The notes beneath the pieces are model-generated. The model was not told where the DNA came from, searched no databases, and saw nothing but the letters and a program-made list of their open reading frames with translations. From the IMG/VR virus record IMGVR_UViG_3300022173_000053, positions 1 through 44,412 of that record: a stretch of 44,412 nt of DNA. One strand, written 5' to 3'. The stretch is from a virus. Taxonomy: Duplodnaviria > Caudoviricetes. The stretch's first letter is position 1, and every line of letters begins with the position of its first letter. Below, in pieces: positions 1-7,228 of the stretch. The position numbers were made by a program, and so were the translations under genes.

Positions 1-2
1 AA

Positions 3-128
3 GCACTACCTACGGCCTGCTGATGGCGGCCTGCGTTGGTGCCTACATCACCGGCAACACCACCCAGAAGGTGAAGCAGGCCACCGCTGACGCGCAGGCG
101 AGCGAGGCGGGGGCATGAACCCATACAT
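3..128 (+). repeat. 126-bp terminal direct repeat, left copy (assembly circular overlap)
   Basis: Identical to 44286-44411. It falls in the middle of the holin gene, which fits an assembler overlap rather than a physical end. Confidence 0.95.
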
Positions 129-456
129 CATCATCGCCGCGCTGCTGGCCGTGCTGGGCGCTGGAGCAGGGGGCTTCAAACTCGGAGCCGACCACGAGCT
201 CGCGGCCCAGGCGCGCGAGGACAAGCACGTCACCGCGGCAGTCGAGGCGGCCAACGGCATCGCAGCCAAGGCCATCGCCGGCATCAAGGTGACGAACACC
301 ACCATCCGCCAGGAGCTCGAACGTGAAATTCGCACGAACACTATTTACGCTGAGTGCAAGCATAGCCCTGGCGGGCTGTCACGCGTCAACGAAGCCCTTG
401 CAAAACCCCAGCCCGCTGGTGGTCGCAAGCTGCCCGGATCTGACGCCACTCGTTGA
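115..456 (+). CDS. Rz-like inner-membrane spanin
   Basis: N-terminal TM helix (YIIIAALLAVLGAG) followed by a helical periplasmic part. Follows the holin across the circle junction and overlaps a lipoprotein gene. Confidence 0.8.
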   Translation: MNPYIIIAALLAVLGAGAGGFKLGADHELAAQAREDKHVTAAVEAANGIAAKAIAGIKVTNTTIRQELEREIRTNTIYAECKHSPGGLSRVNEALAKPQPAGGRKLPGSDATR

Positions 457-541
457 CGATTCATTCGGCGCCACGGCCTCCAAGCTCGTCGAGGTCGCGG
501 GGATTTACTACCAGTGCCGGTCTGCTGCCGGCGTCCCATAG
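323..541 (+). CDS. Rz1-like outer-membrane lipoprotein spanin
   Basis: GTG start with AGGAG RBS, signal peptide and lipobox LAGC, Pro-rich with two further Cys. Overlaps Rz in another frame. Confidence 0.82.
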   Translation: MKFARTLFTLSASIALAGCHASTKPLQNPSPLVVASCPDLTPLVDDSFGATASKLVEVAGIYYQCRSAAGVP

Positions 542-549
542 GGAGGTTT

Positions 550-1080
550 ATGACGACGTTCGTACCCGCGGCCATGATGGCCGCTGATGTTGCATCCCAG
601 GCCGAGCTCGATGCGGGGCTGGCCGTCAAACTCACCGGCGACGTGATCCAGCGCGCCCGGTTCGCCACGGGTGAGGTGTCCACCGGCACCACGGTGCACG
701 CGAACGGCAACATCCCTGCGATCACCGAGGGCAACCAGGTGATGTCGTTGGCCTTCACTCCCACCTCGGCCACCAGCATCCTGCGCATCCGCGTCGTGAC
801 CCATTGCGGCACGTCGGTGGTGAACACGATCGCCATGGCCTCGCTGCATGCGGGCGGTGCTGCGATCGCGGCGGCGGCGGGCTACTGCGACACGGTGGCC
901 GGCATGCGGCAACTGGTGATCGACCACGAGATGGTCGCAGGCGTCACCACCGAGATCACGTTCACCGTGCGCCAAGGCTTGAACCTGGCCGGCACCATGA
1001 CCTTCAATGGCACGGGCGGCATCCGGCGTTTTGGCGGGGTGCTGTGCTCGCACATCACGATCGAGGAAATCAAGGCGTGA
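550..1080 (+). CDS. Short tail-fibre/receptor-binding protein, paralog of the C-terminal domain of the 40673-42229 fibre
   Basis: ATG 550 after GGAGG. Shares TGTT..IP..TEG and TF.VR.G...AGT.T.NG.GG.RR.GGV motifs with the fibre tip. Confidence 0.7.
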   Translation: MTTFVPAAMMAADVASQAELDAGLAVKLTGDVIQRARFATGEVSTGTTVHANGNIPAITEGNQVMSLAFTPTSATSILRIRVVTHCGTSVVNTIAMASLHAGGAAIAAAAGYCDTVAGMRQLVIDHEMVAGVTTEITFTVRQGLNLAGTMTFNGTGGIRRFGGVLCSHITIEEIKA

Positions 1081-1086
1081 TGGCCC

Positions 1087-1104
1087 GGGTTGCGCGAGCG
1101 ACCC
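1087..1104 (+). terminator. GNRA-capped hairpin at the end of the late operon (possible terminator)
   Basis: GGGTTGC-GCGA-GCGACCC just after the last late gene. No strong U-tract. Confidence 0.35.
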
Positions 1105-1118
1105 ACTAGATGTAGTGT
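1103..1118. promoter_or_regulatory. NrdR-box-like palindrome A
   Basis: CCACTAGATGTAGTGT (reverse complement ACACTACATCTAGTGG) fits the consensus acaCwAtATaTwGtg. Confidence 0.5.
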
Positions 1119-1210
1119 GAATTTCGGATTTGGGCGGAGCGGGCGCTGGCGCGTGCAGGGTCTTGAAACTGCTGGGCGTTCGGGCAAGCGTGGCCGCAAA
1201 GGTAAACGCT

Positions 1211-1238
1211 CCCGCGCATAAGGTATAGTATGGTACTA
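1211..1238 (+). other. dif-like XerC/XerD recombination site (candidate attP or resolution site)
   Basis: CCCGCGCATAA-GGTATA-GTATGGTACTA versus E. coli dif GGTGCGCATAA-TGTATA-TTATGTTAAAT: 19/28 identities, 19/22 in the core. AT-rich island between the convergent arms. Confidence 0.62.
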
Positions 1239-1248
1239 CATTCTGCGA

Positions 1249-1264
1249 ATACTACATATAGTCT
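1249..1264. promoter_or_regulatory. NrdR-box-like palindrome B
   Basis: ATACTACATATAGTCT. A degenerate tandem copy, GTACTACATTCTGCGA, lies at 1233-1248. Confidence 0.5.
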
Positions 1265-1596
1265 TAGAACTTATTGCGTGATTTCTTCGGCCGCCCTCTC
1301 CCTCGTACCCGATCCAGCTTGCGATTGCACTGGCGAACTACCCGGTAGACCTCCAGCATGGTCATCGCCGGGCGCTCGGTGCTGAACCTGGAGATGCAGT
1401 CGAGCCGGGTGGCCAGGCCGTGCAGTTCCTCGGCGACACGGCGCAGGGCCTGCACCGAGCGCAGCGGGATCTCCAGCCTGACGACATCGCCGATCCAGAC
1501 TGTTTCGTTGTCGGCCGGCTCGTCGATCAGGCGGCCTCGGAGGTTGAAGCTGTCGCGGGGGCCGGTGGCCGGCGGCTTGGGGGGCTGATGTTCCAT
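1264..1596 (-). CDS. Hypothetical protein with C-terminal AT-hook (RGRGRPKK)
   Basis: Last gene of the leftward arm. Start MEHQPP at 1596 chosen; the ORF track extends to 1644. Basic C-terminus. Confidence 0.65.
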   Translation of the reverse strand: MEHQPPKPPATGPRDSFNLRGRLIDEPADNETVWIGDVVRLEIPLRSVQALRRVAEELHGLATRLDCISRFSTERPAMTMLEVYRVVRQCNRKLDRVRGRGRPKKSRNKF

Positions 1597-1616
1597 TCGC
1601 AATGCGTACCACATAT

Positions 1617-1633
1617 GGTGTGAATATCGCAAT
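1617..1633. promoter_or_regulatory. 17-bp operator-like site
   Basis: GGTGTGAATATCGCAAT, matching the genome-wide GDTGYGA-N3-YCRCAHC motif. Confidence 0.6.
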
Positions 1634-1640
1634 GGAGAAA

Positions 1641-2324
1641 TCACGGCTTGTTGGCGAGAGTCACACCCAGCCGCGCTGCTGTTGCTTGCTCGACTGCTCG
1701 GTCAAGTCGCTCGATTTCGGCAATGATGAGCGCGCCAGCGCGAACAAGGTTGGATCGAAACGTCTTTGGCTTCCATGTGGCAAGCGGCCAAGGCCAATCC
1801 ATTGGAGCCGGGGTGGACTCCACAGCGGTGGCGTAGCACGCTGCTGCTTGAGCGAGCGTCCCTTCGCCGTATTCATCGTCCTCAGCGGCGTTGTAGCCCT
1901 CCACATTGACCTGACGCTTGCGCTCGGCCAGCACATCCCGCTCCGCCTCGCTCATCCGCACAGCCTCTGTGGGTGGGGTGGCGAGAACGCCGAGTGCGCG
2001 GACTTCGTAGCAGGGTTTTCCGTCATAGGTGTAGTGCGCAATTTCAGCCATGCGCTCTGCCATCGTTTCGCTGCCGCGTGGCTCCAGCGCCTTCCATGCA
2101 AGTTCGTCGGGGTGCGCGTTGATGTTGTCGCCGGGATTGGTCCAGCGGAACTGCCACGCCACCGGCTCCCCTTGTGGCATTGAGCGCAGAGCAGCGAGGG
2201 CGGCGCTCCATCGCTTCATTTCGGGCGAGTGGTCGCGGTAGGCCTCCCATGCGATAGGGCCGTGAAAAAAGCGCACTGCTTCAATGGCCTCTTCCAGCGA
2301 TTCGATTGCTTGCTTGATGCTCAT
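1641..2324 (-). CDS. Phage hypothetical protein with conserved C-terminal 'RDVLAER.RQ...EG...DD...AACY...WPW...L.RAGALI.AEIERLDR' domain
   Basis: Signature commonly seen in temperate-phage early accessory genes. Overlapping start and stop with neighbours. Confidence 0.75.
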   Translation of the reverse strand: MSIKQAIESLEEAIEAVRFFHGPIAWEAYRDHSPEMKRWSAALAALRSMPQGEPVAWQFRWTNPGDNINAHPDELAWKALEPRGSETMAERMAEIAHYTYDGKPCYEVRALGVLATPPTEAVRMSEAERDVLAERKRQVNVEGYNAAEDDEYGEGTLAQAAACYATAVESTPAPMDWPWPLATWKPKTFRSNLVRAGALIIAEIERLDRAVEQATAARLGVTLANKP

Positions 2325-2836
2325 TTCGTTCCTTTAGATGCGCGGGCTGCAAGAATCGAATCGATGGCAGCGTCAAGGTCATCGCCTCGCAAAACGTCTC
2401 CAACGCCGTCGATCACGCTCCAGTGTTGGCCGCGTCTCAGAAGCTGATAGCGGTCCTCATCCTGAGGCTCAACTACCGAGGATTGCTCGGCTGTTGGCTC
2501 TACCGCTGTTGGTGCGCTGGGAGTGGCGGCGATGCCGCGCTTGAGTTCTGCAAAACGAACGCCAGCCTCAAACGCTTGACCCCGGCTGCCAAGGATGCCC
2601 ATGGATGTCTGCGAGTCCTTCCATCCGGTGTTTATCTCGATCTCGCTCAGTGGCTCGGCCTGTGGTGCGTCGCGCAGTGCGGCTTCGACTGCGGCGCGGA
2701 GTTCGGCAGTGCGCTTGATGGACGCCTCTACTTTGTCCGGCCTGTTGCCGACGCCAACTAGCGTGCCTGTGTGGTAGCTCGCCAGTGAAAGCGCGTCCAC
2801 CAGCGCCATGATTTTCGCGATTTGGGCGGGGGTCAT
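2321..2836 (-). CDS. Hypothetical protein
   Basis: ATGA-coupled member of the leftward operon. Confidence 0.65.
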   Translation of the reverse strand: MTPAQIAKIMALVDALSLASYHTGTLVGVGNRPDKVEASIKRTAELRAAVEAALRDAPQAEPLSEIEINTGWKDSQTSMGILGSRGQAFEAGVRFAELKRGIAATPSAPTAVEPTAEQSSVVEPQDEDRYQLLRRGQHWSVIDGVGDVLRGDDLDAAIDSILAARASKGTK

Positions 2837-2976
2837 GGCTTGTCCTCGTATTCAATGGTCATGTGCATGAACCGGATAAGGCCTTTTGGCACGCCCATGC
2901 ACCGGTTCATGGTCGCAATTACGCATGCTGTCAGTGGGTCACAACCCGCAATGCGAAGGGCTTTGTAGCGGCTCAC
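2833..2976 (-). CDS. Small hypothetical protein (47 aa, MSRYKALRIAGCDPLTACV...)
   Basis: Absent from the ORF track. Fills the gap exactly, with GTGA and ATGA overlaps on both sides. Confidence 0.6.
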   Translation of the reverse strand: MSRYKALRIAGCDPLTACVIATMNRCMGVPKGLIRFMHMTIEYEDKP

Positions 2977-3572
2977 GGCTGGCCTTTCTTTGCGCTGATG
3001 GCTGCGCGGATCGCGTCACGGGCAAGATCACGCAAATCGTCGCGTTCTCTTTCAGGGCCTCTGTCCCATGGGTGGCCGATGGACGCAGCGATCACTTTTG
3101 CAGCCGCTTCAACTTGCTCCGCATCCACAGCGTCTTGCTGCGCTGGCTTTGCCTCTGTGGGTGCGGCTGCGTAGTCTTTGGGGCGTGGTGCGTTGCCGTA
3201 GTTCAGCAGCCACGAATTGCGGCCGTCGTGGTCTTCGGGCAGCTGCCGGATCAAACCCTCGGCCCAGTTCACGCGGCTGTGGTTCGACTGGATTTCGGCG
3301 GGCGTGAGAGGAATTGCAGTCCCAACCGCCTCGGCCTGGGCTGCTTGTACTGCTGCGCAAGCGTAGGCTTGCATTTGCTCGGCGGTATAGATCGGCAGGT
3401 TTTCGTGAACCTCTGGATGGCAGTTCCAGTCGTCGTCAATGCCGTTGCCCGGTCCGCCGTAGTAAACGGTTTGGGTCGCAGGAAAGCCCCCATGAGTAGC
3501 CCACTCGCACAGGAATCCAAAAGGGGCGGGCAGGGCTGTGCCCACACTCGGCAGATCGTTGGGGGTGGTCAT
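2973..3572 (-). CDS. Hypothetical protein
   Basis: ATG 3572 (MTTPNDL) coupled to the upstream stop, with GGAG RBS. Confidence 0.65.
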   Translation of the reverse strand: MTTPNDLPSVGTALPAPFGFLCEWATHGGFPATQTVYYGGPGNGIDDDWNCHPEVHENLPIYTAEQMQAYACAAVQAAQAEAVGTAIPLTPAEIQSNHSRVNWAEGLIRQLPEDHDGRNSWLLNYGNAPRPKDYAAAPTEAKPAQQDAVDAEQVEAAAKVIAASIGHPWDRGPERERDDLRDLARDAIRAAISAKKGQP

Positions 3573-3817
3573 GCAAGTCTCCAGAAAAACAGGATGGTGA
3601 TCGCGACGACGAACGCCACCAGGGCGGCGATGCGCCAACGGATGGGCTCAGGGCCGGCGAACTCGATCTGCGGCGAGTTGACAGGTGCGGCGCGCCATTC
3701 GGTTTCGGCGGCGCGTGCATCGGCGGCTGAATCACAGAACCCAAGGCACTGGCCCTGGATCGGATCGCAGCCGAGGAAACCCTCGGGGCAGGGGTGTAGT
3801 GGGCGGGCGCGGGTCAT
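3569..3817 (-). CDS. Small protein with C-terminal TM helix
   Basis: IAALVAFVVAITILFFW, Cys-containing N-terminus, coupled stops and starts. Confidence 0.6.
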   Translation of the reverse strand: MTRARPLHPCPEGFLGCDPIQGQCLGFCDSAADARAAETEWRAAPVNSPQIEFAGPEPIRWRIAALVAFVVAITILFFWRLA

Positions 3818-4056
3818 GTGCGAAACCCCCGGCTGGGCACAGCCAGAAAGTCCTCACCACCAGCGCGCACGGCGGCCACACGCGGCGGCACGTACACAGG
3901 CTGGTGCATGGGCACGATGCCGGTGAAGTCGACGCGCTTTGCGACGGCGAGGCCAGCGGGCGCCAACCTGGCAGCGAGCATCTTGCGGCGCTCGGCAACC
4001 ACAGCGGGATGCGTTGCGGGGTCGGGCTTCGCGCCCGGGGCGGTTTTCTTTTTCAT
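3814..4056 (-). CDS. Hypothetical basic protein
   Basis: First gene after the AT-rich intergenic segment 4057-4141. Confidence 0.55.
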   Translation of the reverse strand: MKKKTAPGAKPDPATHPAVVAERRKMLAARLAPAGLAVAKRVDFTGIVPMHQPVYVPPRVAAVRAGGEDFLAVPSRGFRT

Positions 4057-4141
4057 GTCGGGTGGATGTGTGGGCCGGGAAATGCCGGTGATGCAATTAT
4101 AACAACGTGTTGCGTTTTAATGAGCGCCGTTCGTCGCCGCG

Positions 4142-4612
4142 TCATAGCTTCAGCACCTCAACGTCATGCGGCTGCCGGCGGCCGGTCAGGATCTCGTGAA
4201 TCCGTTTTTCCGTGCGGCGGTGGGCGCGCACCATGGTCCTGTGCGGCACTGCCTCCAGCACGGCGGCGTAGTCCTCCAGCACCGCGCGCACAGCCTGGAT
4301 GCCTGCGCCGTCGAGCCGGATCGGTTTGCCCTGCTGGGCCCTGCGACCTGCCATGGCCAGCGCGGTGATCGCGTCCATGAGCAGGCCGCTGGAATCCTCG
4401 ACGACCTCCATGGCGATGAGGGTTTCCATGAGGTTCACCGCATCCGAGCACAAACGCCAGTCGTTCGTGCTGGGCGCCGGGCTGGACTCGATTGCGGCCA
4501 GGCCCTGCCACATCAGGCTGAGTTGATGCGTGCGGCTGGTGGCTGGCGTGGGCTCTGTGGGGCTCGCGGTGATCTCGTCGAGCAGGGTGTAGGTGGGGCG
4601 GTACTTTTTCAC
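4142..4612 (-). CDS. Conserved phage hypothetical protein (all-helical)
   Basis: 156-aa ORF, GTGA-coupled to the HTH gene, typical codon usage. Confidence 0.7.
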   Translation of the reverse strand: MKKYRPTYTLLDEITASPTEPTPATSRTHQLSLMWQGLAAIESSPAPSTNDWRLCSDAVNLMETLIAMEVVEDSSGLLMDAITALAMAGRRAQQGKPIRLDGAGIQAVRAVLEDYAAVLEAVPHRTMVRAHRRTEKRIHEILTGRRQPHDVEVLKL

Positions 4613-4818
4613 CGCGTCTCCACCGTTCGCGCCTTGATGTACGCCGTGATCACCTTTTGCGAGTACCGAACCGGCGAAGTAGGCCGGTCCCCGAGCTTCA
4701 CGTACTCCGGGCCGACGCGACGCGCGCGCCAGCTTTCGAGGGTGGTGGGTTTGATGCCGAGTTGGGCCCCAGCTTGCGCCGGGGTCAGCATCGCATCGCG
4801 GTCAGATTGGCGAGTCAC
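4609..4818 (-). CDS. AlpA/excisionase-like HTH DNA-binding protein
   Basis: LTPAQAGAQLGIKPTTLESWR...GPEYVKLG...VRY signature. GTG at 4818 follows GGAGG (alternative starts 4830 or 4791). Confidence 0.8.
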   Translation of the reverse strand: MTRQSDRDAMLTPAQAGAQLGIKPTTLESWRARRVGPEYVKLGDRPTSPVRYSQKVITAYIKARTVETR

Positions 4819-5650
4819 TGCCGCCTCCATCGTATTCGTGCTGATCAGCCGGCGCCGATTCCATGTCGATCACGCCGTCGTCGTCGGGCTGTGGCGCGGG
4901 GGCTTGCGCTGCGACTTTGGCCAGCCGGCTCGGGCGGCGGGGTGCCTCGGTGGCCGGCTCGGCTGCAGGCTGCGCTGGCGCCTGCTCGGCCTCGGGCGGC
5001 GCAAACAGTTCGTCGTCGGAGCGCAGCACGTCGTCCAGATCGGTGCTCATCGGCAGGCGCTTGGAGTGGCGGCGCACCACGGTTTTCTTCGCCATCTCGG
5101 AGAAGTCGGACACCCAGGGCCCGGACGTGCCCGAGCGACTGCGCTTGCGGATCGCCTCGATGTCCTCCACGCTCATGAATTCGCGCGACTTCTCGCCGTC
5201 TTTCATGGTGACGATCGAGTACGCGCCGATCAGTTTCCCGCGGCCCGACAGCGCCGGCTTGTGCACGATGCGCTCGTTGTCGCCGAGCTCGTAGTCAAAA
5301 CTGTCGTGCTCGTAGACCGACTGCACGCTCCAGGTGCTGATCTCGCCGGAGTTGCGTACCAGCTTCATGATGCCGGCCACCATGGGCATGAACTGCGCAA
5401 CCTTGCCGAACGTGACGATGGCACCCTCGCGGCCGTCGGGCAGCAGTCCCATCTGGCTGGCGCGCATTGCGCTGGCGAACAGCGTGCGGCGGTCGGCATC
5501 GAGCAGCGCCGGGGTCATCTGAATGGCGGTCATCACCACGCGGACGAACCGGGCGGGCTCGACGTGCTTGGGGAGCGCGGCCGCGAACTGCGGCTGCATG
5601 GCGGTCAGCTGCTGGCGGACCTGATCTACGGGGGCGAGTTGGTTGCTCAT
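4802..5650 (-). CDS. recT: RecT-family ssDNA annealing protein
   Basis: QFAAALPKH...RF.R, GL.PD, S.GPW.SDF.EMAKKTV.RR..K.LP.S motifs. Confidence 0.93.
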   Translation of the reverse strand: MSNQLAPVDQVRQQLTAMQPQFAAALPKHVEPARFVRVVMTAIQMTPALLDADRRTLFASAMRASQMGLLPDGREGAIVTFGKVAQFMPMVAGIMKLVRNSGEISTWSVQSVYEHDSFDYELGDNERIVHKPALSGRGKLIGAYSIVTMKDGEKSREFMSVEDIEAIRKRSRSGTSGPWVSDFSEMAKKTVVRRHSKRLPMSTDLDDVLRSDDELFAPPEAEQAPAQPAAEPATEAPRRPSRLAKVAAQAPAPQPDDDGVIDMESAPADQHEYDGGGSDSPI

Positions 5651-5689
5651 TGGATTCCTCTGGGCATCACCGGCAGCCGGCCGGCACGG

Positions 5690-5706
5690 GTTGTGATTTC
5701 CGCATC
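5690..5706. promoter_or_regulatory. 17-bp operator-like site upstream of recT
   Basis: GTTGTGATTTCCGCATC. On the minus strand it directly follows a TATACT -10-like hexamer. Confidence 0.6.
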
Positions 5707-5714
5707 AGTATACA

Positions 5715-6674
5715 TCAGGCTTTAGCGGGTTTGCGCACGTTGATCCGAAGATTGCGAAAACCTTTCCGGCCGCCATACGAAGTCCCCACCATCTCGGCGG
5801 TGATCAGGGTCGGCGGCGTCTCGGCCTGCATCGCGGCGCTGATCGTCCAGCCTGGTAGCAGCACTTTTTCGGCGTCGCCGATGGCAGCGAGCAGCGCGGC
5901 TTTGGCGATCTGTTTGCGTTCTTCCTCGCGGTCGACGGCGATGCCTGCGGCTTTGTATTCGGTCACCAGTGCAGCGATATTCTCATCAGCCGACGCGTCC
6001 AGAATCTTGCCGGGCTTTGCGTACTGGTTCAAGCGGATCACGGCGGCGGCGTCCTCGGGCATCACGGGCGGCGGCTCGACACCCTCGTCGACCGTTCGCC
6101 AGAACTCGGCCACGCGGTGGCGGATCGCTGCAATCACTTCGTCGTCGCGCTGGCGCTCGATAATCTCAAAGCGGTTGCCGCCGATGAACGCGCCGATGAA
6201 TGCGCGCTTGAAACCCGAGACGGCCATCTGGTGCTGCACCTGCATCTCGATGTGCTCGGGCGCCTGGATGCCGAAGCCGTCGCCCTCGTCGACCCAGCCG
6301 TCGCGAAACGCCAGATAGTCCACGTTCTTGATCTCAAGGTGCGCGGGCTCGCCCAGGCTGGTGATCACGAAGTCGAACGACGAGCCCATGCGTGCGGCCG
6401 GGTCGCGCATGTATTCCTTCAGCGGGCTGATGGTCCAGCCGCGTTCCTCGGCGATGCCGTACGCAATGGCGGCTTCCAGGCGGTTGCCCCACCTTATTCT
6501 TGGGTTGGTCTGAAAATCCACATCGTCGCCGGATTTTTTCCTGTGCCATAACTCAAACCGAGTTACGTATGGCGACATGCCAAATAGCGCCGAGCTCTCG
6601 GTGCTTGTTACGTCGGCTTTTCTCATTTCAAGCCAGTGCTTTTCGTCAACCGGCGAGATGATTTCAACTGTCAT
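5715..6674 (-). CDS. YqaJ-like viral recombinase (lambda-exonuclease family)
   Basis: WL..RK..VTS.E...L.G.SPY, WGN.LE..IA, S.D, LEIK and Q.QHQM.V motifs. Paired with recT. Confidence 0.92.
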   Translation of the reverse strand: MTVEIISPVDEKHWLEMRKADVTSTESSALFGMSPYVTRFELWHRKKSGDDVDFQTNPRIRWGNRLEAAIAYGIAEERGWTISPLKEYMRDPAARMGSSFDFVITSLGEPAHLEIKNVDYLAFRDGWVDEGDGFGIQAPEHIEMQVQHQMAVSGFKRAFIGAFIGGNRFEIIERQRDDEVIAAIRHRVAEFWRTVDEGVEPPPVMPEDAAAVIRLNQYAKPGKILDASADENIAALVTEYKAAGIAVDREEERKQIAKAALLAAIGDAEKVLLPGWTISAAMQAETPPTLITAEMVGTSYGGRKGFRNLRINVRKPAKA

Positions 6675-7228
6675 TACATCCGTCCCTTCTTAATTGATTC
6701 GCAAGTTTTGCAACGGCGCGCTTTGGCGGCGCCCTCTATTCGCAAGTTATCGCCAAACAAAGGGTGCCCAGAATTGCAGTGCGTTTTCAGTCGGTTATAG
6801 GCTCCGACACCATTTTCTCTCTGCCGAAGCCGCATATCTGACAAGTTGTCTTGCTGGCTACCGGTAGACAGGTGCTGTGGGTTGACGCAAAGCGGAGTGT
6901 CGCAATCATGGCGAACAACAAGCGACTTTTTCAATGGCCCATTGTTGGCTGCGTATGAAACACGATGCGCTCGCTGCGGGTATTGTTTCCCATCGGGTTT
7001 GCGCAGCATGATCCTTCCATAGCCATCGCCATATGTGCATCCGGTCCAGACCCAGCACCCAGACTCTGGAATTCTGGTAATGTGTCGCTCAATCCTTTTT
7101 TGCATTTCAAGCGCATCAACAATTAGATATTCGTCTGTCATGTGATCCTTACAGTGAGAAAAACCCGCATCGCCCGGCCCGAACTCGGCGCCGCATTGCG
7201 AGCAGTAGGTGGTGGGGAAGCGAGGCAT
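6674..7228 (-). CDS. HNH homing endonuclease fused to an N-terminal zinc-ribbon peptide
   Basis: CSQCG...SHC at the N-terminus, then CWVWTG...GYG...AHRVSY...VRHDCD.P.CVNP.HL..G...DN, then KTHC..GH...RRCKTC. Confidence 0.85.
   Translation of the reverse strand: MPRFPTTYCSQCGAEFGPGDAGFSHCKDHMTDEYLIVDALEMQKRIERHITRIPESGCWVWTGCTYGDGYGRIMLRKPDGKQYPQRAHRVSYAANNGPLKKSLVVRHDCDTPLCVNPQHLSTGSQQDNLSDMRLRQRENGVGAYNRLKTHCNSGHPLFGDNLRIEGAAKARRCKTCESIKKGRM

Noticed and set aside
1-128. Physical terminal repeats of the virion DNA
   Set aside because: The 126-bp repeat splits the holin gene and is about the size of an assembler k-mer overlap. The unmatched terminal bases (aa at the start, final t) look like edge artefacts.
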